Notes under the pieces: generated by a model | Told to the model about the DNA's origin: nothing | The model's database searches: none | Seen by the model: only the letters and a program-made list of their open reading frames with translations | Shown: piece after piece, positions 42,686-54,826 of the stretch | Position numbering within the stretch: the stretch's first letter is position 1 | Layout: the number at the start of each line of letters is the position of its first letter | Position numbers and translations under genes: made by a program | Origin: Bispira polyomma | Taxonomy: Eukaryota | Length of the DNA: 64,000 nucleotides | Direction: 5' to 3' | Assembly: GCA_965649765.1 (NCBI GenBank) | Contig: OZ287753.1 | Span: forward strand, 49,848,001-49,912,000

Positions 42686-45139
42686 TTGTATGACAGTGTG
42701 CAATCCAGATGCAGTGGAAGTAAAATGCAGTACTGCAACAGCGAGTTAGCTGGTTATGTTAATTCCCAATACTATGATGGTAATTCTAAAGAAAGAGAAA
42801 GTAAAAATCAGATAGAAGTAACAGTCACTGTCACCAATTGGCAACATTTTTGTAAAAAATGGTTCGTTTGGGCTCCAATAATATTCTTAAACTGTAGCTG
42901 CAATGAAATTGAAGGGTTTTACTACATATACCATCATAGTGGGGACAATGAAATGAAATACATGCCTGTGTTTAATATACCTCAAGGAGATCTGCAGGTC
43001 ATACACAGATATGTCACAGCCATATATTATGATCTCACAGATAGATGCAAAAAATTACTAAGTAAGGTTAATCAGTGTAATGCTGAGGATATTGAACAGG
43101 CAGCCAATGTTTTCGACAATTTCAGTAAAGATGGAAAGTGTTACAAACAGTATGGCTGCGACTATTCTGAATATATAACGAATATTATTGATATTATGTG
43201 TGATGATAACTGGAAAGTAGATGACAATGCAAGCAGTGCAGACAAATTCAATGTAAATACTGCAGCTGGACACGAGACTCCAAGGAGTGTGCTCTGCGAT
43301 GAAATATACACATGTCCGATTCGCGATTTTTTCTTCAAAACTGATGGGGTCAATGCTGGCACCAGTAAGAACATTAAGGAAAATTGTCATATCGCCCAAT
43401 CAGGAAAATCAGTGGGATTTATTCCATTATCTTCCACAAAATTTCAGTTTATTGGTCCTGATCAGGAGCCAGTAAAAGTTGATTCAGTTGGTAAAATGGA
43501 AAAAATTGCTGCTATAGTTAGAGGCACTAATCTCCCTAATTATAGGCAGGCTAGAATTCCTTTAATTTCGGGATTACACCACACAGCGTGGGAGGAAATG
43601 CTTACTGACTATTCGGATCAGCTATTAATACAATATATAAAATTTGGGTTTCTTCTATCTCTCACAGAACCAGGGAAACTAAATAATTCAAAAACTGTCA
43701 ACCATTACTCTGCTTTGCAATTTACGAAAGAAGTCGGGCAATATCTTGAGAAAGAAAAGTCAATGGGGGCGATGTTAGGCCCAGTTAAGCAAGTGAACTC
43801 ACCACACTATCACTGCTCACCCCTTTTAACCAGACCCAAAGACACAGACAAACGTAGGGTCATTTTAAATCTTTCTTATCCACTGGGGCAGTCACTAAAC
43901 GAGAATGTAGACAAAGCACTGTTCGATGGGGTCAAATTCATATTAAAATTTCCTACTATTGACGACATCACAGAGGCGACTCGGAATACTCATGATCCAG
44001 TGCTGTTCAAGATCGACGTGGCCCGAGCGTTCCGTAACTTGAGAGTTGATCTAGCTGACGCACTGAAACTAGGCATACAATTCGCTGAAGGGCAGTACAT
44101 TGACTCTGCGGTCGCGTTCGGGTGGATACACGGAAGCGCGGCTTTTCAGTGTTGTTCCGATGCCATAGCAGCCTATATGTCGGAACGCGGGTTTAGAGTA
44201 TTTTGCTACATCGATGACTACATATGTGTATGTACTAGAAATAAGGCTGACAAGGGTTTCCGTATTTTGAAAGATTTATTGCTTAGGCTAGGTTTCCCAA
44301 TTAACGATGATAAGCTTACACCTCCCACAACTCGCCTTACATGCCTAGGCATAGACTTTGATATTACTGCCGGCACTATTAGCATACAGGAAGAAAAACT
44401 TATAAGCATAATTAAAATGGTAAATGACACCTCTCAAAAATTGCACATTTCACGTACTCAGTTTCAATCTTTATTAGGAAAATTATTATATGTTCACAAG
44501 TGCGTGAAACCTGCCAGAACTTTCATAAATAGATTACTTCAAGGTTTCAGAAGTGATCACAATGCTAAAAAATTCAAAATTTCTTCTGAAATGCGCCATG
44601 ACATCGACTGGTTTCAAAAATTCTTACCTCAATATAACGGGATATCATACATTAACCATAGGGACATTTCCCATATGGACGAGTTACATCTGGACGCCTG
44701 CCTATCAGGTTTAGGAGGTGTCTGGAACAAAGAAGTGTACTCTACACCATATTATAATGTTTATCAAAGAGAGCTTACCATAGTGCATATAGAGATGCTG
44801 AACATTGTCCTGGCTTTAAAAATTTAGGGTGAAAAATGGGCTCACAGTAGACTAATAATTCACTGTGACAACATGGCCGTCGTACTGGTTGTTGAAAGTC
44901 AGAAGACGAAAGACGAATTTCTAGCATTATGCTTAAGGAACATTTGGCTACTTATAGCCACATATGACATTAATATTAGCATTAAGCACATTCCAGGCAA
45001 GGAAAACATAATAGCAGATGCCCTTTCTAGAATTTATTGCAAAACTCCTCCCAGCAGGGACATGTTATATAATTTATACAACAATTATGTTTGGAATCCA
45101 GTACTCATACAACATTTTGACCTAGATTTTTTAATATAA
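42686..45139 (+). pseudogene. pol: Ngaro RT/RNase H (one in-frame TAG at 44825)
   Basis: NHYSA, SPLLTRPK, RRVILNLSYP, KIDVARAFRNL, FGWIHG, YIDD, LDACLSGLGG, HCDNMAV, HIPGKENIIADALSR. Confidence 0.92.
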
Positions 45140-45145
45140 TTACAG

Positions 45146-46122
45146 GTGCTACTGCCATTACTCAGAAACTCATCACTTCAGCATGTGGAAGGATTGACAC
45201 AGCACTTAGACCAAAGACTTCTTCTGCTTACGAAAATCAATTTAAAACTTTCCTGGCTTTTAATGAATTTGCAGGCATTTCAAATACTTCGGTTCATTCA
45301 GTACTGGCCTTTTTGGAATATTTGACACAAAATAACATTTCCCCTGCTGCGGTGTCAAACTACCTTTCTGCTCTTAAATTCATGGCTAGAAAGTTCATTT
45401 GGGATTTAGCTCCATTCAATCACAATTCTTTTGCATTATTCGTCAGAAGTATTACAATTAATTCACTATTTCGTCCCAGACACAAGGGATTGTTTGATAT
45501 TGCACAGCTAGCACAGATTTCCATAGCATGTTCTATTCTAGATGACCCAATATTATACAGATCCATATTTATGGTGGCCTATTTTGCTTTTTTGAGATTA
45601 TCCAATATTGCCCCTCACTCAAGGGCCACATTTGATAGATCTAGGCATTTTCTCAGACAGGACTTAATTTTTGGACATCCTGGGGCTCACATCATCCTAA
45701 AATGGGCAAAAAATTTGCAAAATAGGACAGATACACATATAATACAAATTCCAAAACTACAAAATAAGACTATTTGTCCAGTATTGGCATTACAAACCTT
45801 ACTAGCTTCCAGGCCCCTTCCTCCTGCTGCACCACTTTTTGCAGTAGCTGGTACACCACATTACACCATAGTACAAACACATGTAAGGACAGCTCTGGAA
45901 AAAGTCTTGACACACATTGGAATACAATATTCTTCACATGGATTCCATACTTTCAGACGTTCTGGAGCTTCATTTGCATTTAATCATAATGTATCCCTAC
46001 AGAATATAATGGCCCACGGGCTTTGGAGATCATCTTCAGTTTGGGCTTACCTCCAAAAAACCTCCCAGGCAGCATCAGTCGTGCCTCATACCTTTGCCTC
46101 TTCCATTCCTTCTTCTCTCTAG
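45146..46122 (+). CDS. Tyrosine recombinase (YR) of the Ngaro element; open frame with no ATG near its start, beginning at a splice-acceptor-like site
   Basis: ALRPKTSSAY N-terminus; catalytic R (FLRLSN), K (WAKN), HTFRRSGA, HGLWRS, VWAY. Confidence 0.88.
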
Positions 46123-47143
46123 TTGGGCTTGGGGCTTAAAATTTTCTGAATTTTAACCATTTTTACACTTGTTTCTCTGTACATATACCATTAACATGTA
46201 TATATAAAATAAAGCTCAAACTGAACCGTTTTATTTACTTACACAAACATCACACTTGACTTAAAATCCATTACTTAACATCTTGAACCCAACTTACACC
46301 TTATAACTTAAGTGGACTGCAATAAAGTGAACAATCAGTTTTATCGGATTAAAACTCTACCTAGGTGTGTTGAGGCATAGGTAAAGGGTTAACTGACCCT
46401 ATATGCCGGATCAGACCCAACAGTGAGACACCTTATAAGATTTTGTCTTTTCTGACTGGCGTCTGGGTTATCAATAGTACATATAAAAATCAATAACTGG
46501 TTCACTGCATTCCATGCTATTGTGATATCACAAAACATCGAAATGCCTCGTTTAGATATATGGCGATGTTTCACTAGTAATTTTGTTATTTGGGGCAAGT
46601 TATAAACATTTTAGTGGTGATATATATGCATTTTAGTAAAGTTTACAATGTGTATTTCGGTGGGGTTTTAAATAAATTTTATTATTCATTTACATTATAG
46701 ACACATACATCCAGCAGTTGAAAAATCAAGAAAACATCAAAAAAATTAATTTGTGCTGTACAGGTGTGACATTGCCTGGAGCTTTTGGCTTAGTTTTATG
46801 CTAAATTCTACAAATATAATTTGTGAATTATTTCGAGGTTTTTTGTTGTTGTTTTTATGAAATTTTCTTTATCAAATCATATAGTTTAATCCTAGTATGT
46901 ATTGATTTTTATGAAAAAGCACACACAGTAATATTTCACATTATGTAAACCTGAACTATGTATCAAGTTTTGAGTAATCCAGGTATCATGATTTTTCAAA
47001 AACCTCAGAACACCAGAACAATGTTTCACAATTTCATTGTATCTAAATATATAATCCAAGTCACGAACACAACAAACGCAAATAAAGCAATAATACCAAT
47101 AATATTTCAGATAAGTTTCACATGTTATTTTACATACTGGAGG

Positions 47144-47259
47144 AACTACCACCTTTCCAACATAGGCATCAACGAGAGTCGAACTCACGCCGCCCAGAGG
47201 TGAGAGACCAGTGATTGTGAAGCGCAATGCTTGCTAACCACTAGGCCACCGCAGCCCCC
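47144..47259 (-). mobile_element. tRNA-derived SINE (family 1), 5' half
   Basis: GGGGCTGCGGTGGCCTAGTGG...GAGTTCGACTC; homologous to 6058-6175. Confidence 0.85.
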
Positions 47260-48953
47260 TTTGATGCTGTAGTATTCTAAACTATTATTTTCAGCTTAAA
47301 TTTTTATTAAATGCTAGCACATCCTAAAATATAATTTAGTTCAATTTTCGTGGACCAATCTTAATCTGTTTTAATTGAACTTTTAATGTATGAAATTTGT
47401 GCATAAAAGCTTCTACTTAGAAGATTCTACTTTACTTAATAAGAACTTCATCCGTGGGTGTGTTGAGTAAACTACTCGAGTCAGACGAAACAAAAAAATC
47501 ACGAGTCTTGGCATTGCAAATTGCATAGAATTTATCACATGTCGCCTTGAGCTTTTGGTGCACTCACCTTCAATAAAATGTACAAAAATACATGTGAAGA
47601 GCTTAACGCCGTCTGCAGTTCAACCATGTGGCTGAATAGTGGGTCAGGTTAATTGGGGTTCTAAAAGGCTAGTGTGTAATCTTCAGTGTGAAAGCAGCAA
47701 GCAAGGGAGAAACATCTCTATTCCACAGCATGGCGCAGCTTGTCAGGCTTACAATTAAAGCTCCAAATCAGAGAATATCAAGCAAAAAGCAGCGGGAAAT
47801 TCACTGTATTTACCTGCTTATTTTCTGAGTTATAGGTGAGTGGTCTAATCTAAAATAAGGTATTAGATTTTATGAATATTAAACGCAAAGTGTTCATTCA
47901 TTCGTGTCAATGAAAATGTGTTTCTGATAAAACTAATCTGATACAGTGGTTTTTAAAACTGTTTTTGTGTATATATAAAAGATTAAAAATGAGTTGATCT
48001 CACAAAATTTCTGACAAAGTTTTTTTGTGGTATTTTGATAATGTCTAAAACAATGTATTCATCTATTTAGTCATACACAAGGTATAGTATTACGAATAGG
48101 AAATAGATGAATGTTTTTATAACTAGAAACAATGCCATGAAACACTATTTACAGTTGGCAATTACATTTGATTTTATGCAAACCTTCAAACCAAAACATA
48201 CCATAAGGTTTTTATATAGCGTCTTACCAGCCAATGCTGTTCAAGGCGCTTCAAAGTTATGTACATTTATAATGTACACAAACATTCTAATTTCTAACAT
48301 ATAACTCTGTATAATTAAACTTAGTATTATTTCTCTCTTTATTACAAATGAGATCTCTAATATTTCCAGATATTATTTTATTATCTGTGTTATTCTGAGA
48401 GTGAACATACTGATCACTAACATTTTAAATTCATGATGTACCTTAAGACAACATTTATAACTAAAACTGCTTTCCTTTATAATTACATTAATAGTTTTAT
48501 TAACGTTTGAATTACTTACATAAACAGCAAGTTCTACACACTTGTTATCACTGGTCAATATTGTATGTATAAATTTTTTAAATGTTTCTATACAATTGCA
48601 CATTAATTAGGACATTATTACATACTAAATGTATGTATCTACTATGAGTTCTGTTTGGCAGGTTAAATCGTTTTGTTATTGCTTTTCTCTAGCAACTTCA
48701 CACTGAACATAATATTTACAATTGCATTATAATATTCAAAAAATTTAAATCAACGCAATATATTATAATATTATCCTTGTAACATTTCATCCTGATTTTA
48801 TTTTTTGAGAAATGGATGTGTGTCGATACTTTTCACACGTTTATTTCATGAATCAAAAGTGCAACTTAGAACCTCTGTTAACCCTTATGACCCTAATTGA
48901 TACTCCTAGGATCTATGTCTGTGGGCAAGTAGTCAATACACCACAATTATTTT

Positions 48954-49085
48954 ACGTGTATTTTAAAGTTCTCGATATATGATGCACAGAACTTCTTGTT
49001 ATACTAAATGGATCAATAACGTGTATTTTAAAGTTCTCGATATATGATGCACAGAACTTCTTGTTATACTAAATGGATCAATAAC
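48954..49085. repeat. 65-bp perfect tandem duplication
   Basis: Identical units starting at 48954 and 49019. Confidence 0.95.
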
Positions 49086-49199
49086 TCATATATAATACAT
49101 ATATAAGCTTGGTGTTTGATAAATGGGTCATAATTTCAATGTTTATATTGTAACGACATCATATGATATCATATAACCACATTAGTTAGACCTTCGTTA

Positions 49200-52100
49200 C
49201 GACTGAACTTACAAAAACAGTATTAGTACAAACTAAGTAAGGACCAAGATACAGTTTAAGGTATTTATTCTGTACAAAGTTAGTATGTACATACAGGGGG
49301 AGGTAAAAGGTATATTAAAATATTATAAAATATAAGACTTTAATATACGCCAAAACCTAACTAAATAGAGGAAGGGACAATGGATGAGAAGGTAGAGGAA
49401 ACAATGGAAGCAGCTTGAGAAGTGGATTGGAGGTAGGACCACACTGCAGAACTGCGGCAAAGTCCGTGGGCCATAATGTTCCGGAGAGAAATGTTATTGT
49501 TGAAAGCTGCTGTTGTGCCAGATCTGCGGAAAGTATGGAAACCATTGAATGAAAGGTCAATCCCAAGGTGCTGGATAATTTGCCTAAGAGCAGATCTGAT
49601 GTGAGAGTAAATAATGGGAAAATGTGGATTGTTAGCAAAGACAAATAGTGGGGCAGATGGAGGTAAGTCCTTAGAACTCAGAACTGCGGAGAGTGCCCCA
49701 CTGGACATAAGAGAGAGACATTGATGGAGGGAAGTTGTATACCATGGGTGCTAGTTCTGTCTTGCAATTCTTGGCCCACTTAATAATTAAGTGGGCACCA
49801 GGGGAACTAAAAACCATGTCTCGTCGAAGGATGTGCTTGGTGGGGTCAAAATTTGCCCTAGAGTGGGGGGCTATATTAGACATTCTTAAAAAAAGAGGAT
49901 GGGATCCTGTAAAGTCTGACAGGACTGAGAAATGAGAAATAAGTGCTAGATGGTAAACAAACATTTAGGCGCAGGCCTAAACTGTGAATTGTGTACCAGA
50001 CTACGAATGAAAAGTGAGATGGCATGGTGATGTAAAATATCTGACAAAATATTGAATTTCTGAGTCATGAATCTTAAGGCTGCCAGATTGTTGTTAATGA
50101 CTTTAGGAGATTGTGCATTTTGGGTCAAATACGTCAAAGAGGCTAGAATAGAGTGAACAGAAATGTCCCGCATGTTAACGTAATGCAGAAAAGAAAGGAA
50201 TGTTCTAAACTGCGAAGTGAAGTGTAAGCTGCAGTGTTGGAAGGTCTAAGAGCTGTAAAGTCGTCGAATGGCAACCTGTAATTAGATATTGCTATCTAAA
50301 TTATGGTAATGTAAAGTGACATCTCTACATGTGTGATTTCTAAGTGAGAACATGATATGAAGGTCGATAGGGTGTATGGAATATACGAGCGACAACGCAT
50401 CAGTGTATATATTATCCTCACCCCTAATATGCTAGAATTATTATGGTAATATTATAGATGGAAGTAATGAGTCATATATTGCATATGCATGAAGCTAAGA
50501 ATGGACCTATGGTCTTGCAGGTCGTCACAACCAGGACTACTGCTAAATTGCTGCACTTAAAAGTAACGTTATGGTGAGCCCAGCTCTCACCCAACCCTAA
50601 GAAAAATAACAACATTGAGCATGGAGTTAAATAAATTTCCTGACCCCATCAGGCCAATCAAGGTCATGTTTCATGTTGTCGGTAACTTTAAATCTTTTGG
50701 AATTGGGGGAAGCCCTGAGTACGGCTAAAAGCCTGTTGATAAAACACCTTGCGGGTTTCATGGATTTATGGATGTAAACCCCTACCTAACAGTGATTGGA
50801 GCCTAGTATGAGAAAGCCAGGTTTTACTACGGGCTTCCATGCATTCTAAATGTATTTGGTCAATTTTTTCTTTGGTTATACTTATAGTACTAGCAGAGAT
50901 ATCCACATTCATGCCCAAGTAGGTGACCTTAGTAGAAGGGGGGAAATTTTACTAGGATTGATGGGAAGACCCAAATCGTCTAACAATTTACATAATTTTT
51001 CAAAACCATCCTTAGCCTTGTCCTTAGGGCAAATGCAAAGGTAATCATCTATGTAACAATGGAGTCTAAAACCTAAACTAAGCATATGGTCGGCAATAAT
51101 GTCAGAGCACCTCTAGAAGGCAGCGCTTCTCAAAGCCCATAAACATTTTCAACAACAGAATCAGTAATTACATCATCTGCCTTGATGATGTCATCAATGA
51201 CGTTCTGCATGTAAACAGTGTGATCACAATCCCGAGAACACAGGGATTTAATGTCTTTACTGTAGTCAACGGAAATTCTAGTGTGAAAAATGTAAGATAC
51301 ACCAAAAGGGAAACTAGGAATGTCCCAGAACAGGAAGTAAACCATGACGCCGTTATCACAAGTTTAATTTTAAAAACCAGATGCGCTGTTATAATCAGCA
51401 ATGTTCGAAAACATGACAGGGTAACAACCCTAATGGTCTACATATGAAAAATTCAGGACTGGAATACTGCAAACCATATTTCAGACGTCAACACACAAGG
51501 GTGAATTGTTGACATGATCCGAAATAACATCTCTGTCAAAATCATTATGACCCCAATTTTTGTGTGCATTATGAATCCCATTATTTGACCAGCAGTATAA
51601 TTTTATCAAGGGATCCACACGATCAGGACATACATTGTATAACTGATTATCCAAAGAGGAAAACTGATTGTCAACACAATATTTATGAAAACTTTACTAT
51701 GAGTGTCACTGGAACAAAAGTCATTATTAATTAACTTTGCACTATTATTATGAATTATTATGAATTTTTAACACGCTTTATGCTTGGCATCTTCTAAAGC
51801 GCAACAGCAGAATCATTGGTTGACTACTATTAATTACTACACTCTTGGCAGTGTCTGTCAGTGTCTTGACAGTGTCTGTCATGCGTCGTCGAGCACCATC
51901 CTAGCTTGTTTGGCACTATTTACTTTAAGACATTTGCACTTGCGATGATTGTTCTCCTTATTCAAAACCTTGAAACAGTGAGCACATTGATGTTTATATT
52001 GATTATGATCTCCATCGTGGCTGCAAAAGCCAGAGTTGAAGTATTTGCAGATTACCTTGGGTTTCTGCATGGTGTGACCATTCACCAGGGCCAACTGAGA

Positions 52101-53212
52101 CATGCTAAGTCGATATAACGACCACTGTGTAGCATTGATCCAATCAAGCCTGCCCTCTTCCGCCTCCTGCATGTTATGACCCCATGAAGCTCTGAGAGTG
52201 GCCAGGGGAGAGCGTTGGCATCCTGAAACGCATAAATCATCTGATATAACATGGATTTGATAGTAGTGATGTCTGAAACCTAAGCGATGTTGGAGAGCTG
52301 CCCTGCAGCCCACTGGGGCATTGAAAGTTCATCAAATTGTGGCCTCTTGCGTGCCGTGCGCCCCACCCAGCCTTCGTTGGGCCATCTAGTCTGTGGTTCA
52401 GTAAGGCAAATGACTGTAGAATTAAATCCACCAGATTTCTGTCTGGTCGGGGGCTTACCTTGGGACAGATCCTGTTGGCAGCGCTGGTCGCAGGCTGCAA
52501 GGCAAAGATTGATGGCCGCGCTGACCTCAGGAAGATTCCTAAGCACATCGACTTAAGGGACAATGCCGTCGCGCATGTACTCGTGACTGGCCTGCATTTG
52601 ACATGATTCCTGTCTCTGAGGTAAAGTGTTGGCGAGACCCACAGCAGCCTGGAGTCACAGATCCGGACGTCAGAGGTCGGCCATAGTGTTGTTGTGAGAT
52701 GGGTTATGTGGAGAATGGCTATTGGAGAATGGCCATCATTGCACAGACATCTGGTGTGATATTCTCATATGGGATTCTCGTATCTTGTTTGCTAGCTTCC
52801 GAGAGAGGGGCTCTTAAATTTCAGGCAACGGGGTCTGCTGATACTTTACCACTTTTTATAGATTTTGTCTTGGCTGTAGGAGCGCTACTAAGCGTTTTTC
52901 TAGCAGTCCGTCCCATAGTTAAATGTGAACAAGCGTGACTAGTATAAAAAACAAATAAACACTAAAACAAATAAAACTCTGAAAGAAAAAGTTCACAATA
53001 TTTGAAAAAATATAGTGTGCTCACCCTTCAACCATTTAACATTGTGCCTGTGTGGGGGCCAAAATCAGTAGCACATGAAGTATGGGTGGGTGATTGGACA
53101 ATAGCTAATGAGGGATAGACAGAACAGGGAACAAGAATAGTTTTCTTTTAAAAGGAAGGCGAGGAGGATTAGGAGCTGAGACAGCAGGTCCCCTAAAGGG
53201 GTCGTTCTAGTA
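49200..53212 (-). mobile_element. Degenerate Ngaro-type retrotransposon (gag ATG at 52916, deleted RT/RNase H, YR 49361-50275)
   Basis: MGRTARK start, RWPNEGW...FDELSMPQWAAGQL, CYIDDY, FHTFRRSG...HGL.RSSAVWSY; left half-hairpin 53172-53212. Confidence 0.88.
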
Positions 53213-53416
53213 ATACTCCACTTTCCAGGTTCATTTTTTCTAGGTTCATTTTTTTCATTAGATTCCTTAATCATTCTTTTGTTTTCAAATATAAAAATGA
53301 TGTATTATATCTTTTTGAACAGCTATTTAAAAAAACTGCAAGAGTCAAAAATGCGATTGTATTATTTCTCATTCTATATCTTTTCCCTTCACTCTAAACA
53401 CATGGCATATGTATTG

Positions 53417-54790
53417 CAGTCCAGGTGATAAGTTATAAGTGAAGTTAAGGCCAAAATGGAAGTTGAGGTAAGTGTGTGGAAGACAATAAAAGATTTCTAT
53501 TGAGGTTTTATTTTACAAGTTAGTATTTATGTACAGGTTAACAATAATAAAATAAGTTATAATTTCATGTAAATAAAAATTTCAAGCCCATACAGGCTAC
53601 ATACATAACAGGAAATCATCCTGAATAATCAAAACAAGGACTAGCCATAAGAACAACATTAAAAGCCTAGTACAGACCACATAGTCATACATCACTTTAA
53701 GTTAACAACCATCCACCCCAGAATACTGGCAGTGAAGAAGTAATTATATAGTATGCATAAATTTAACGTAAAATAAAACTAATATCACTAGAATCAGTAC
53801 GTGATCGTTTCATTACATAAGCAATACAGGATCACTAATTATCCATCATATACATAGTCATTCTAAGGTGTGATCGTATATCCACAACAGACAATTTGCT
53901 AACATTACCTATGCACCTATCATAAATGGCACATAAACGTACATACACCAGCAATATAATAAATCCTACAGTGGACTTAACACGCCCATAAATGTTCAAA
54001 TCCCGTGATACTCGTTTACTCCTGACATTGTAACTCAACCGACTACCCGGTCCACTTAGTGCACATTTCCCTACGACAGCTCTCAGCCTGCCATCATACA
54101 TGTTAACCAAGCAACGTGTCTAACTTGACTAACAATGCCCACAGGGCATAGTGACCCTAGAGGGACACTCAGGCTCCCAGAGCCAACTAATTTGAAGGTA
54201 TCTCAAAAATAACATCAGGCCACAAGCCAAGCAATTTGTTGAAAATATTAAATATTAAGCTTAAATGACCACATGTAAGTGGTGGAAGAAAGGGGAGGTG
54301 GTGGGTTAGAATTTTCTAAAGACCTGTTCACAGGGCAAATTATAATTTCAATATGGAGGGAAGCTACTGGCCAAGCCTGTCAGTGGTCAGTATCTAGGAT
54401 GGACAGATGGAGGGATTATGCCATAGCATTCGCTAGGGGTTAAGGTAGCAATTAATTAAGTGAAGGGGGAGTTGGACTGAACTAGCAGTGTCCTATAGTA
54501 GACTTGCTATGCACAGTCCAGGTGATAAGTTATAAGTGACGTTAAGGCCAAAATGGAAGTTGAGGTAAGTGTGTGGAAGACAATAAAAGATTTCTATTGA
54601 GGTTTTATTTTACAAGTTAGTATTTATGTACAGGTTAACAATAATAAAAGAAGTTAAAATTTCATGTAAATAAAAATTTTAAGCCCCAAGCCCAACTAGA
54701 AAGGGGGGATAGCCGCAGCAAAGGTGAGAGGCACCACTGAGGCAGCTTGGGAGGTCTGCTGTAGGTAAGTCCATACAGCAGAAGACCTCC
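53417..54790 (-). mobile_element. 5'-truncated Ngaro 3' end (last ~31 YR codons, B1-A2-B2) flanked by a 19-bp direct repeat
   Basis: WRSSAVWTYLQQTSQAASVVPLTF; 173-bp repeats 54514-54686 and 53417-53589 (about 4 mismatches); ACACATGGCATATGTATTG at 53398-53416 and 54791-54809. Confidence 0.88.
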
Positions 54791-54826
54791 ACACATGGCA
54801 TATGTATTGTATTCCCATTTGTAATC

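Larger units (their letters stand above)
40701..46319 (+). mobile_element. Near-complete Ngaro-type (DIRS order) tyrosine-recombinase retrotransposon
   Basis: Order gag, RT/RNase H, YR; left end at half-hairpin TGCACAGCAGG...CAGTCCA; CCAAT (40821) and TATAAAA (40892) upstream of gag; right end GGACTG. Confidence 0.93.

Noticed and set aside
47180-47259. tRNA gene
   Set aside because: The A/B boxes belong to a dispersed SINE head followed by SINE body; no clean cloverleaf
53835-54110. Extra accessory ORF inside the Ngaro 3' repeats
   Set aside because: Short, with no recognisable motif and no counterpart in sister copies
49200-54790. A single element spanning 49.2-54.8 kb
   Set aside because: The 53.4-54.8 kb piece has its own flanking duplication, a second YR end and a different B repeat; these are two insertions
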